A DNA stretch of 64,000 nt, from positions 576,001 through 640,000 of the forward strand of contig CAWDML010000008.1 of NCBI GenBank assembly GCA_963803435.1, in the 5' to 3' direction. The DNA is from an uncultured delta proteobacterium. GTDB taxonomy: Bacteria; Myxococcota; Kuafuiibacteriia; Kuafuiibacteriales; Kuafuiibacteriaceae. Within the stretch, counting starts at the first letter, position 1. The number at the start of each line of letters is the position of its first letter. Position numbers and translations under genes: made by a program. The notes beneath the pieces are model-generated. The model searched no databases. It saw only the letters and a program-made list of their open reading frames with translations, and was not told the origin of the DNA. Shown piece after piece: positions 37,694 through 48,432 of the stretch.

Positions 37694-40600
37694 TTGAAGA
37701 GGATCGCGCGCTCCACGCTGGCGTTCTGTCTTCTTCTCGGGTGCACGGCCCGCATCGTCGACCCCGAGCGGCCGGCGCCCACGCTCACCTCGGCGGCGGG
37801 TGCGGATGATCCGGGGAGCTGTGCGAGCTGCCATCCCAGACAGTTTCGAGAGTGGGCCGGTTCGTCGCACAACTACGGTGCCGGGATCGATCCGACGTAC
37901 CAGGCGCTCGAGATCACCGCGAACTATTACGGCCGCTATCGGTCAGGTCGCCCGGGCGTCCGCCAGAACCTCTTCTGCATCGGCTGCCACGCGCCGAGCG
38001 GCGCCGGCTATCAGGGCGCGCGCACCAACCCGAATGCCACGTTCCGCCCGCCACCTCAGGACGGCCCACCGCTGGCGCGCGAGATCGAGCGCCCGCCCGA
38101 TGACGCCGATCTCCTGCGGCCCCCCGGCCGCGCAACAGAGGAGCAAGTGGACCCGGCCGCCGGCGAGGCCGAGCTCTTCAAGCGGCGGCGCGTCACCTAC
38201 CAGGGGATCACGTGCGACATCTGCCACAAGGTGCCGGCGCCGTTCGACGACCTCAACGACGAGGAGGCCGGCCAGGCCTGCCGTGAGGCCACGCCCGAGT
38301 GCGCGGCGATGCTCCGGGCCCAGTGCGAGGCGGCGGACGATCCACGCTGCCGCCGGATCTCGCGCGGCGGCCGCTCGACCGGTGAGGATCGCTTCGAGCG
38401 CGGCATCTCGAACCTCGCGATCCTCTACGAACGCGAAGGCGCAGTCCGCTACGGGCCGTTCTCGCCGCTCGAGGAGCTGGTCGCGACCAACACCGCCCAC
38501 GGCCTCTCGGCGGGCGAGCCGCTCGACGGCGTCCCATACTTGAAGACGGGCCAGTTCTGCGGCGCCTGCCACGACGTGCGCCTGTCGGTCGACAACCCGG
38601 CGACTCCCGCCGTCGAGCTCGAGCCGATCACGCGCGAGCCGTTCATGCGCCTCGAGAACCTCTACAGCGAGTGGTTCGTCAGCCCGCTCAACCTGCACCC
38701 CGACAGCGACCTGCGCGACAATCCGTACCTCGACGAGAACGGGGAGCCGCGCCGCAGGGTCTGCCAGGACTGCCACATGTCCCTCTATCCGTTCGCACCG
38801 CCCGGCACGTTCCCCGGCGCCTACACTGCGGGGGAGGACGAGTGCGACGAACTGGGACGCTGCGGCCTTCCCATCGCGCTCGACACGGTCGATGGGGTCC
38901 CCACCACGCTCGCCGGGTTGCGCGTGATTCGCCGCCCGCGCGTCACCACGCACAACTTTACCGGCGTCGACATCGGCCTGGGCCTCCTGCCTGCCAGCGC
39001 CGAGCTCCTCGACGTGCCGCCGGAGGCCCGTCCGTCCTCGCTCTCGCTGCCGAACCAAACGCTCCCGCCGGAGCGTGACGCCGACCCGAGCTACGGCCTC
39101 CCGATGTCGGTCGACGCGCGGCGTAAGCAGCAGCTTCGCCAGGCCGCCATGATCTCGCTGGCCGGGACCCCCGAGATGCTCCTGGCCGGCGACCGCGACT
39201 GCAGCGACGGCACCTGCTGCGACGACGCCGGTGACTGCAACCTCGCGATCAAGGCGTGGATCATGAACGTCAACGGCGGCCACCAGATCGCGGCGGGCTT
39301 CTCTCAAGAGCGCCAGATTTGGATCGAGCTCACCGTCGAGGATCTCGGCCGCATCGATCCGGTCACCGGCCTCGCTCCGGTGGTCGACTGCGCGCTGGGG
39401 AGCCTCGCCGATCTGTACGGCGGGCAAGCGTTGGAGGACGGACGCCATCCGCGGTTCCAAAATCCCGTCCCCCACGACGCGCGGGGCGCCGCCGACGTCT
39501 TCAACCGCATGGACGGGGTTCGCAGCGGGACCACGGCATCTGATCGAGCGGCGATCTGTCGCGGGCTCTCCGGCCACCTGATCGACAAGCCGCACCACGA
39601 GACCGGCGAGACGGCGCCCGACGGTTCCCTCGACGACGAGGATCTCTGGCTCCATCGCATCGGCAACACGCTCCCGACGTTCGCGGGTGGAGAGACGGCG
39701 GTCAGCTGGCACGTCGTCGACTACGGCCTCGACGATGATCGGGGCGCGGCTCCGGACGGCAGCCGCGTGGCCCGCGCCGATCAGTTTCACGTCCTCGGGA
39801 ACAACGCCTTCTCCTGCGACCTGGGCCGGCGCGAACCGGATCCCGCGCTGGCGGATCTCCCGATCGTCCTGCTCGATCCCGTCACCGGCAGCACCTCGAC
39901 CGTGCCGCGCAGCGCGCTCGGCCCGCTCGAGTGGCGTGTGACCGACACGTCGGACGAGCGCCTCGAGATCCTCTATCCGTTCCCAGAGCTCCGCGCTCTG
40001 ATGCCGCGCCTCGACGCCGGTCGGCTGATCCCGGGGGAGCGCTCGGGCCTGGTCTACCCGACGAACGTGTTCTATCGCGTCTGCGGTTGTCCTCGGGCCG
40101 ACGGCCAGACGTGCGAGGGTCCCGACTCGATCCCGGGCGTCACGGACGCGCCGGCGCAGGTCCCCTGGCTGACGACGTACCCGGCGCTCCCGTATCTCAC
40201 GAGCGGCGGCGACGATCGCTTCCACTTTCCGGGACCCGCGTCCGAGCTCGGCGGTGTCCTCTCGGCGCTGGGCTTGTCCGGCGGTACCGCTGCCTCCGAG
40301 GCGTTCACGTTCGTCCCGCTCAACGCCAATCACATGCCCAATAACCGCGCGCTCGCGTTCTTCAAGCCACAGCGCCACTATTGGGATCTTCGAGTGACCA
40401 CCGGCGACGTGGTGGGTCCCATCCTGGTCTCGGCGAAGCTCTACTACCGCCACTTCCCGCCCGAGTTCCTCCGTCTGATGGCCCGCTCCTCCAAGCAGGC
40501 GTACGCGCGGGCGGCGGCGCTGGGCGAGGCGAGAGATCTGTTCCCCAACGGGCCGCTGGTGTCGGAGGCGAACCTCGATCGCGTCGAGCGCATCCTGATG

Positions 40601-41029
40601 GACGAGGCCGCCTTCCTGATCTCGGTGGGTCCCGATCAGATCACCGTCCCGGACGCGCCCACGTTCGACGACGTGCGTCCGATCCTCCAGGATCACTGCC
40701 TCCCCTGCCACAGCGACGTCCTCCGGCACGGAGGCCTCGTGCTCGGCTACGACGCCTTCCCCGAGTGGGACGATCCGAAGATCGGGCCGCCGGTCCACGC
40801 GGAGCAGGATCCGCGCCTCAATCTGGTGGAGCGGCCCTCTCGCTTCTTACCCGAGCGAACGCTAGTGGCGCCGCGCGATCCGGACGCCTCATTCCTCCTC
40901 GACGTGCTCATGAAGGATGACCCCGATCCGTCGGGAAGGGTCAGGCGGATGCCGCTGAAGCTCGATCGGCTCTCGGCCCGCGAGATCGAGACGATTCGGA
41001 GGTGGATCGCGGCGGGGGCTACGGGTTAG
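37694..41029 (+). CDS. Large multiheme c-type cytochrome lipoprotein (6 CxxCH)
   Basis: LLGC lipobox; CASCH, CIGCH, CDICH, CGACH and CQDCH, plus C-terminal CLPCH...MP...IRRWI. Confidence 0.9.
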   Translation: MKRIARSTLAFCLLLGCTARIVDPERPAPTLTSAAGADDPGSCASCHPRQFREWAGSSHNYGAGIDPTYQALEITANYYGRYRSGRPGVRQNLFCIGCHAPSGAGYQGARTNPNATFRPPPQDGPPLAREIERPPDDADLLRPPGRATEEQVDPAAGEAELFKRRRVTYQGITCDICHKVPAPFDDLNDEEAGQACREATPECAAMLRAQCEAADDPRCRRISRGGRSTGEDRFERGISNLAILYEREGAVRYGPFSPLEELVATNTAHGLSAGEPLDGVPYLKTGQFCGACHDVRLSVDNPATPAVELEPITREPFMRLENLYSEWFVSPLNLHPDSDLRDNPYLDENGEPRRRVCQDCHMSLYPFAPPGTFPGAYTAGEDECDELGRCGLPIALDTVDGVPTTLAGLRVIRRPRVTTHNFTGVDIGLGLLPASAELLDVPPEARPSSLSLPNQTLPPERDADPSYGLPMSVDARRKQQLRQAAMISLAGTPEMLLAGDRDCSDGTCCDDAGDCNLAIKAWIMNVNGGHQIAAGFSQERQIWIELTVEDLGRIDPVTGLAPVVDCALGSLADLYGGQALEDGRHPRFQNPVPHDARGAADVFNRMDGVRSGTTASDRAAICRGLSGHLIDKPHHETGETAPDGSLDDEDLWLHRIGNTLPTFAGGETAVSWHVVDYGLDDDRGAAPDGSRVARADQFHVLGNNAFSCDLGRREPDPALADLPIVLLDPVTGSTSTVPRSALGPLEWRVTDTSDERLEILYPFPELRALMPRLDAGRLIPGERSGLVYPTNVFYRVCGCPRADGQTCEGPDSIPGVTDAPAQVPWLTTYPALPYLTSGGDDRFHFPGPASELGGVLSALGLSGGTAASEAFTFVPLNANHMPNNRALAFFKPQRHYWDLRVTTGDVVGPILVSAKLYYRHFPPEFLRLMARSSKQAYARAAALGEARDLFPNGPLVSEANLDRVERILMDEAAFLISVGPDQITVPDAPTFDDVRPILQDHCLPCHSDVLRHGGLVLGYDAFPEWDDPKIGPPVHAEQDPRLNLVERPSRFLPERTLVAPRDPDASFLLDVLMKDDPDPSGRVRRMPLKLDRLSAREIETIRRWIAAGATG

Positions 41030-41040
41030 AGCCGTCGGAG

Positions 41041-41827
41041 GTGAACGGACTGATCCTGCTCGCGTCGCTGATCGTCGCTCAAGTCAACACGGAAAAGCTC
41101 CGCTCCTGGGACCAGGAGGGCTTCTCGGGGAACGCCGACTTCGCGCTCAGCTGGCAGAGCGGCAACACGGCGCTGCTGACGGTGGCCACCGGCGCCCGGA
41201 TCCAGTTCGCGAAGCTCCGCGACGGCGGAGACGACGACAAGCAGGTGGAGGATTCTGATCTACCTGGTGGGCAACCTCCAGTTCGGAGCCAACCGGAAGG
41301 AGCGTCCGCCCGAGACGTTCGTCAACAACGGGTTCGCACATCTTCGATGGACGCACATGTGGATCGGCTGGGCGGGCACCGAGCTCTTCGGGCAGGCGCA
41401 GTACAACGAGTTCATCAAGCTGCGCCGGCGTCTACTCGCAGGGGGCGGGCTCCGCTTTGCGCCCCTCGACGTCCCCAGCGCCGAGGTCAATCTCGGCACC
41501 GATTACATGCTCGAGTCGGAGAGCCTCGACGTCCCCGAAGACGGGCCCGACGACCCCCACACGCTCTTTCACCGATGGAGCAACTACCTCTCGCTCAAGC
41601 TCTATCTCGAAGAGCCCAAGGTCGCCTTCGTCAACACGGCCTACATCCAGCCCCGCTTTCGCGACTTCTCCGATTACCGCTTCATCGACGATGCCGAGGT
41701 CTCGGTGTCGATCACCGAGATGCTCGCGGTGGTGTGGGCGGCGAGCGTGCGCGTGGACTCGAAGCCGCCTGAGGGGGTGGAGAAGGTCGACACTGTGCTC
41801 ACGCACAACCTGAGGGTCGCGTTCTGA
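41041..41827 (+). CDS. DUF481 (YdiY-like) outer-membrane beta-barrel protein (frameshift at ~41254)
   Basis: AQVNTEKLR...SGNT in one frame; HLR, QAQYNEF, YIQPRF and C-terminal F in the next. Removing one T from GATT joins them. Confidence 0.8.
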
Positions 41828-41842
41828 CTCCCCCGCCGCCGC

Positions 41843-43037
41843 TCAGCGAGCGGCATCGATCGTCTTCAGCGCACGCCGGGCGCGCTCCCGGATCTGCGGC
41901 GATCGATCTCGAAGCCCACGCTCGAAGACCGGCCGTGCCTCGTCGATCCTTCCCAGGTCCAGGAGCTGCCTTCCCAGCATGAGCGACATCTCTCCCGCGC
42001 GCGCCGAGTCGGAGCGCCGCTCCAGGAACGCACGCATCGCCTCCGCGGCAGCCTCGCTCCGTCCGGCCTTCGCCAGGGCGATCGCGCGCCAGTACTCCGC
42101 GTCCTCGGCCGCGGGCGCCGAAGGATCGCGGGAGGCCACGCCGAACGACTCTGCCGCCCCTGGGTAGTCGCGCGCCTTGAAGCGGCGCAATCCCTCGACG
42201 AAGGCGGACTCGACCGGATCGGGCGCTTCCGCCGGGGCCGGCTCGATCTCGACGCGCGCGATCGGCTCCGGCTGAAGCGGTGCAGGCCGCTCGATGTCCG
42301 CGCCCAGCTGCTTGCGGGCCGGCACCGCGCGCTCCTGGATCGCCGGCTTCGACGCGGGCGCCGGAGGCCAGCGCTCTCCTTCCCTGAGAATCACCGGCGC
42401 CCCGTCCTTCGACCTCACCTCCGCCCGCCCCGCCAGCACCTCGACCGACGCCAGCTTCCCGTGAACCGCAGTGAGCGCGAACGACGTACCCGAGAGCTCG
42501 ATCTCGCTGTCGTCGGTCACCACCAGGAAGCGCTGGCCGGCCTCGAGCGGCTCCACCTCGAGGCTGATGCGCCCGTCGCTGAGCTCGACGATCTCTTCGC
42601 GGATGGCGCCGCGGCCGCGCTCGATCCGGTGGGCGAACACGGCGTGCTCCGAGCCGCGCACGACCGCGACCGGCTCCTGCGGTGGCTCGGCGCGCACGAC
42701 CCGCGGGCGGTCGGGATCGCCGGCGATCCGATCGGTGATCGCGAGCGAGAGCAGCACCACCGCGGCGGTCGCGAGCGGCAAGAACCGCCGCCGCTGGGCG
42801 GGGGGCACCTTCCGCTCGGCGGCGACGGTGAGGATGCGGCTCCGCAACAGGTCGAGGGTATCGGGTTCGTCAGGGCGGATCGGGAGCTGCTTGCCGAGCC
42901 GCGACAGCATCTCGAAGCTCTGCCACGTGCTCCGGCACGACTCGCAAGTCTCGACATGACGAGCGACGTCGGACTCCGGCGCGGGGAACGCGCGCGAGAG
43001 CGCCTCATCCGATGGACATCCCAGAGGTCGCCTCGAT
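41843..43037 (-). CDS. FecR-type anti-sigma factor with C-terminal TPR (in frame with upstream sigma factor)
   Basis: HVETCESC zinc motif, TM, FLVVTDDSEIELSGTSF (FecR) and TPR AEYWRAIAL. Confidence 0.8.
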
Positions 43038-43624
43038 GATCCCTCCTCGAGCGCGCGCCGCAGCGCCTTGCGGGCCTCGTGCAAACGGCGCCACAGGGTG
43101 CCGGGGCGAATACCGAGCGCGGTGGCCGCATCGACGCCCGAGATCTCTTCCAGATCGCACATCACGAACGCGGTCCGCCGATCCGGATCCAGCGTCATCA
43201 GCGCTCGACCCAGGCGCTCGACCAGCATCTGGTCGCCGATGGTCTCCTCCTGGGAGCGCTCCGGGCTCGGCGGTCGCTTCTCGAGCAGCGAGAGCGCGGT
43301 CCGCCGCCGCACTTCGCCGCGCACGTGGTGGCGTGCCAGGTTGTGCGAGATCGCGAGGATCCAGCTCTTCACCGAGGAGCGCCGCCCGAAGCGGGCCGCC
43401 GAGCGCCAGACCTCGAGAAAGGTGGCCTGCGCCAGATCGTCGAGCTCGAGGCAATCATGCCCGAGGAGTCGGGAGAGGAAGCGCAGCACGTCCCGGTGAA
43501 AGCGATCGAACAGCACGCCGAGCGCCGCCGTATCGCCGGACGCGCACGCCGCCACGATCGCTTCGTCCGACATCTCCTCGACGACGCCTCGAATCCGCCT
43601 GAGGACGATCACCTTCCCGCCCAT
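43034..43624 (-). CDS. ECF sigma factor (reads through into the anti-sigma gene)
   Basis: SDEAIVAACASGD, DDLAQATFLEVW and GTLWRRLHEARK. Confidence 0.88.
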
Positions 43625-44574
43625 CACAGTCCGATCCTGAGACCGATCGCGAGCCGACCCGACCACCTCGGCTCGGCGAGGCTCGCCAGCAAGAAGGGCG
43701 ATTCGAGACGGACGTCGGTCGCCAGCGGCGAGAAGGTCGCCCCCGCGATCACCTCCAGGGAGACGACCTCTCCCATCGGGAGATACGCGGCGAGGTCGGC
43801 GTGTGCGCGCGGGCGCGTCCGATCGAACGGGTCCGGAGGGATCGGCTCCTTGCCGATCACGCAGGGAGTCTCCGGCGCACACGCGATCGGCGTGTTGTCG
43901 CCTTGCGGCGAGATGTGGAGCCAGGCGGCGCCCACCGAGAGCCTGGCCGCGAGCGTGACCACGGTGAGATCGAGCTCGGCGCTCGCACCCAGGGCGACCT
44001 CGAGCTCGCTCCTCCGGGTCGGGAATGGCGCGCCCTGGCCGACGGTGCCGCCGTAGAGCAAGCGCCCGATCAGATCGATGCACAGCCAGCGGAACCGAAG
44101 GCAGGCGCCGATGGCGGTCCCGCCGAGCACCGAACGGTCGTCGGCGGTCGCGACCTCGGCCGCGGCCGACAGCAAGAACATCGAGGGCCTCCTTGGGCGC
44201 GGGACCGGCTGCACCTCGAGCTCGATCGGTGGCTCTTCGCGCACCGGCGCTGCGATCGGCTCGGGCACCTCCATCAGCTCGTCGGGGACGAGCGTCCAGG
44301 ACTCGACCAGCGCGGCGATCATCTCGGGAGACTGAACCTCGCGCTTGCTCTGGCGTCCCGTCTCGTCGGTGATCTCGACGGCGATCCGATCGTGCTCGGC
44401 GCGATCGACGCGAACGAGCAGCGAAGCACACGCGCCGTCGTCGTCCGTGGGGACTCCGGCCTTCGCGATCGCCTCCAGCGCGGCGGCCCGCACCGGCGGC
44501 TCGCCCTCGACGACCACCGCCGGGACACACGCCGGCGTGACCGAGAGCACCGCGAGGGTGAGCAGCCCGAACAC
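43624..44574 (-). CDS. Exported/outer-membrane hypothetical protein of the ECF-FecR cluster
   Basis: Signal peptide, Pro-rich linker and beta-strand-rich C-terminus. Overlaps the sigma start (TGATG). Confidence 0.7.
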   Translation of the reverse strand: MFGLLTLAVLSVTPACVPAVVVEGEPPVRAAALEAIAKAGVPTDDDGACASLLVRVDRAEHDRIAVEITDETGRQSKREVQSPEMIAALVESWTLVPDELMEVPEPIAAPVREEPPIELEVQPVPRPRRPSMFLLSAAAEVATADDRSVLGGTAIGACLRFRWLCIDLIGRLLYGGTVGQGAPFPTRRSELEVALGASAELDLTVVTLAARLSVGAAWLHISPQGDNTPIACAPETPCVIGKEPIPPDPFDRTRPRAHADLAAYLPMGEVVSLEVIAGATFSPLATDVRLESPFLLASLAEPRWSGRLAIGLRIGL

Positions 44575-44700
44575 ATCTCATCAGTGCCCGAGACCGCCGA
44601 TTCCTTCGCATGAAAAAACCTCCGAAGGCTCCTCCGGCTCCGGGCACTACGAAAAGCCAAACGGTCGTGCCCGGCACGGCCCAGAAAGGGGAGGCAGCAG

Positions 44701-46580
44701 ATGGTTCGAATCAGATCCGCGCTCGTCGCGCTCGTCGCGACGGCCGCTTGCTCGGGAGGTCCGTCCCTACAGGACGGTCGGAGCCCCACCGGCAGTCAGT
44801 CGCTGGTGACCTCGTCCGGCTTCGACGCGCTGTACGTCGCGAACGCCGCCGAAGACACGATCGCCCGGATCGACACGGCCGATCACGTCGTCACCGAGCT
44901 GCCGCTCGCTGGAGAGCCCACGCGGATCGCGCGTGCGGGCGGCCGGGTGATCGTCAGCCTTCGTGCGAAGCGCCGGCTGGCGCTGTTCGACGAGACCGAC
45001 TCGGGCCTAGTCCCGGCGGGAGAGATCGAGGTTGGCGCCGAGCCGTACGGGATCGTCGCCCGGGAGGATGGTCGCTTCTTCTACGTCGCCTCATCCACCA
45101 GCGATCTCGTGGAGGAGTTCGACGCCGCGACCTTGGTGAAGACGCGCGCCTGGACCGTGTCCGGTGAGCCTCGCTGGCTGGCGATCCATCCCAGCGGTCG
45201 GACGCTCTACGCCGCATCCGTGCTGGGCTCGAGGGTGAGCTTCATCGATCTCGACACCGGACGATCGTCGGAGGTCGATCTACCGATCGAGTCCGGCTTC
45301 AGCAACGAGGGCGAGCAGGTCGAGCTGACCTCGCGTGTGACCGGAGACCCGGCGGTTTCGCCCGACGGCTCGAAGGTCGCGATCCCCACCGTCTACGTCG
45401 ACAACCAGACCGCCATCAGCGACGACGAGGGCGACGGCGAGGAGGATCCCAAGGGCGGCTACTCCGAGCGCATCAACCCGGTGGTGGTGATGCTCCCGGT
45501 GAACGGCGACGGCCACCCGGACGGTGAGGCGGCGCTCGCGCCGATCAAGGCGTTCGCAGTCAGCAGCTATCCTGCTTCGGTCGCGTTCTCGCCCGACTCG
45601 AAGCTGGTGGTCGCAACCATGGAAGGCGCCTCCGGAGTTGCGGTGCTGGCCTCCAAGATCGATCAGCCGAGCAGCGTGGAGCCGAGGGTTGGCCTGTTCA
45701 ACTTCGTCCCGAGCGACGTCATCACGACCGAGGCCGGGCCCCGCGGCATCGCGTTCACCGCCGACGACACCGCGTGGGTCTACGGCTTCCTCGATTCGGA
45801 CGGTCTCGGAGCTCGACCTCTCGGGCAGCCGCCAGCTGCTCCAGACGAACAACAAAGATGGCTTCGCCGTCGGACCCGATCCCTTCACTCGGAGATTCGA
45901 GCAGCCTCACGGTCGTCGCGGTGGCGAGGAGCAACCTGTCCGCCGAGGTCGAGCGCGGCCGGCGCCTGTTCTACTCCACCGACGACCCGCGCGTGTCGCA
46001 GCAAGGCTCGAGCGTGAGCTGCTCGACCTGCCACTTCGAGGGAAGAAACGACGGCCTCACCTGGACGTTCGACCGCGGACCGCGCCAGACGCCCTCGCTC
46101 GCAGGCGTGGTCTCCGCTCGGGCGCCGGTCCGCTGGGAGGGGGATCGGGAGACCGTGGCGGTCGACGCGATGCGGACCAGCCAGGGCCTGATGGGCGGCG
46201 AGGGGCTGACCGAGTCCGACGCCGCAGACATCGAGGCCTTCGTCGACTTCACGCGCAACGTCGATCTGCCGCTCAAAGGCACGACCGATCCGACCATCGA
46301 GCTCGGCCGGTCGATCTTCGAGCGCCCCGACGTCGGCTGCGTGAGCTGCCACAGCGGCGCCCTCTACAGCGATAACGTGCAGCACGATCTGCTCGGCCTC
46401 TCGGGTGTGAAGACGCCCTCGCTGATCGGAGTGGGGGCGACGGCGCCGTACTTCCACGATGGCTCGGCCTCGACCCTGCGCGAGGTCGTCCTCCGCGGTC
46501 GGACCGGCGCGATGGGGAACACCAGCTCGCTGTCCGACGTCGAGGTCGACGCGCTGGCTCGGTTCCTCGAGTCGCTCTGA
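44701..46580 (+). CDS. YVTN-type beta-propeller plus di-heme cytochrome c lipoprotein (two frameshifts at ~45795 and ~45888)
   Basis: GGAGG SD, TAAC lipobox, LYVAN / EVGAEPYGI repeats, CSTCH, RQTPSL, CVSCH and PYFHDGS. Confidence 0.82.
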
Positions 46581-46725
46581 GAACCGGTCCTAGAACCGTT
46601 CCGTGCGCTATTCCGTGTTGCACCTGTTCTGGCATTCGCTGGTCGTCTTCAGCTCATGAAGGGCGAATGCCAGAACGCCGACACACGGAACAGCGAACGA
46701 TTCGGAGGTTTCGGACCGGTTCTAG
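46580..46725. repeat. Long nested hairpin (MITE/REP-like element or bidirectional terminator)
   Basis: Paired arms AGAACCGGTCC/GGACCGGTTCT, CGCTATTCCGTGT/ACACGGAACAGCG, GTTCTGGCATTCGC/GCGAATGCCAGAAC and CTTCA/TGAAG. Confidence 0.85.
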
Positions 46726-46726
46726 A

Positions 46727-47467
46727 TCAGCGCGCCCGCAGCAGCCAGTGTCGTAGGAACGCGATCGGTGAGACGCCTGCACAGGGCACGGGCACGCCGC
46801 CGGCGCCCAGGTTGACCCGATGCAGGAACGCGGCCTCGACTCGGCCGAACCCGAGCTCGGCCAGCGGATCGCGCTCCGAGGTCCCCACCTTCACCGCCAC
46901 CTCCACGCGCCTGACCTCGATCGCCTCTTCCTTGGGCGTGAACGCCAGGACCTTCGGCAAGGCGAGGCCGAGCGAGGCGCGGATGTTCCGATGAGGTCGC
47001 CCGAGCATCGGCGGCGGATCGGTGACCCGCTCGCCGATGCGCCCCTCCATCGAGAGGAGCTCGGCACCGCGCCGGGAGGCGAGGCCCCGGATCGAATCCC
47101 CCTCGATCGCGAGCTCGATCGTCCCCATCTTCTTGGGATAGCCGAGGAGCTCGCGGCCGAGGATCAGCGCCACGTCGTCGTCGACCAGCATCCACGGGCA
47201 GTAGAGCGCGTCCCGGCGGCGATGCCGGACGTGAAGGAAGAGGCCGGCCTCGTGATAGACGGAGCCGAAGGAGCATTCGGGGAACCAGGCGGTGAAGATC
47301 GAGGCGCGGGCCGGTGAGGCCAGCCGGAGCGGGCGCGGCACCCAGCGGGCGGCGGCCACCGGGTCGATCTCCATGTCGGCGACGAAGTAGTGGGCGTCGC
47401 GGTAGAGCCACGCGCCCGGCGACATCATCTCGAGGAGCCGGCCGAGCGATCCGTCGATCGCGCTCAC
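46727..47467 (-). CDS. Acetoacetate decarboxylase family protein
   Basis: YHEAGL, YCPWMLVDDDVALILGRELLGYPKK. GTGA overlap with the SDR gene. Confidence 0.9.
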   Translation of the reverse strand: MSAIDGSLGRLLEMMSPGAWLYRDAHYFVADMEIDPVAAARWVPRPLRLASPARASIFTAWFPECSFGSVYHEAGLFLHVRHRRRDALYCPWMLVDDDVALILGRELLGYPKKMGTIELAIEGDSIRGLASRRGAELLSMEGRIGERVTDPPPMLGRPHRNIRASLGLALPKVLAFTPKEEAIEVRRVEVAVKVGTSERDPLAELGFGRVEAAFLHRVNLGAGGVPVPCAGVSPIAFLRHWLLRAR

Positions 47468-48333
47468 AGCGCGGCCACGCGCCGCGACGGAAGGCCGGCC
47501 GCGCGCCGGAAGATCGCGTCCATCAGCCACGTAGGCACGAACGCCAGCATCATGAAGAGCAGCTCGAATCGGCAGGAGGGGACGAGGTAGCGGGCGCGCG
47601 GGCTCCTCGTGGTGATCGCGCGCTGCACCGTGCGCGCGACCAGGTTGGGACCGACCGCGAAGCGATCGGAGACGCCGCGGAGGGTGTCGGCCCGGGTGTA
47701 GACCTCCTCGTAGCGCGAGCCATCCTTCGGCGGCAGCGAGGTCATCGTTCGGTCCGCGAAGCTCGACTCGACAGGACCTGGCTCGATGATCACGACGCGG
47801 ACGCCGAACGGCGCCAGCTCCATGCGCAGCGCGTCCGACATCGCCTCGACCGCGTACTTCGAGGCGTGGTATGCGCCGAAGAATGGGAACGTGAACCGCC
47901 CTCCCGCGCTGCTGACGTTGATGATCGTGCCGTGCCGCTTGTCGACCATCGCTGGCACGAACGCGCGCGTCACGGACATCAGTCCGAAGACGTTGACGTC
48001 GAACTGTGCGCGCAACGTCGAGTCATGCAGCTCGAGCAGCGCGCCCGCCTGCCCATAGCCCGCATTGTTGACGAGGACGTCGACACCTCGACCCTCCGTC
48101 CGCGCGTTCACCTCCGCCGCGGCGCTCGCGATGCTCAGCGGATCGGTGACGTCGAGCGCGAACGTCTCGAGCGCGATCCCCTGATCGTTGGCCTCGGCCT
48201 CGAGGGCCGCCAGCGCCTCCGCCCGCCGTCCGGTGGCAAACACGCGATGGCCGCGCCGCGCGAGGTCGAGGGCGAGATGGCGACCGATTCCGGCGGTGGC
48301 TCCGGTGATCAGGACGGTCTGGGCGCTGGGCAT
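47464..48333 (-). CDS. Short-chain dehydrogenase/reductase
   Basis: TGATAGIG, NNAG and YHASK. Confidence 0.95.
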   Translation of the reverse strand: MPSAQTVLITGATAGIGRHLALDLARRGHRVFATGRRAEALAALEAEANDQGIALETFALDVTDPLSIASAAAEVNARTEGRGVDVLVNNAGYGQAGALLELHDSTLRAQFDVNVFGLMSVTRAFVPAMVDKRHGTIINVSSAGGRFTFPFFGAYHASKYAVEAMSDALRMELAPFGVRVVIIEPGPVESSFADRTMTSLPPKDGSRYEEVYTRADTLRGVSDRFAVGPNLVARTVQRAITTRSPRARYLVPSCRFELLFMMLAFVPTWLMDAIFRRAAGLPSRRVAAL

Positions 48334-48340
48334 GAGCGAG

Positions 48341-48431
48341 GTATACATCATGTATCCATACCGGCAAACCATGCCTCTGTCCGCCTCTTCTGAGTCGACT
48401 CACTGACCGATATGGGATACACGACGTATAC
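48341..48431. promoter_or_regulatory. Two inverted copies of a palindromic TetR-type operator
   Basis: GTATACATCATGTATC (48341-48356) and GATACACGACGTATAC (48416-48431; reverse complement GTATACGTCGTGTATC, 2 mismatches). Confidence 0.7.
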
Positions 48432-48432
48432 C

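Noticed and set aside
41843-44677. Single 944-aa protein as given in the ORF track
   Set aside because: The first ~350 codons overlap the real 43624-44574 gene in another frame. The rest is the sigma plus the anti-sigma.
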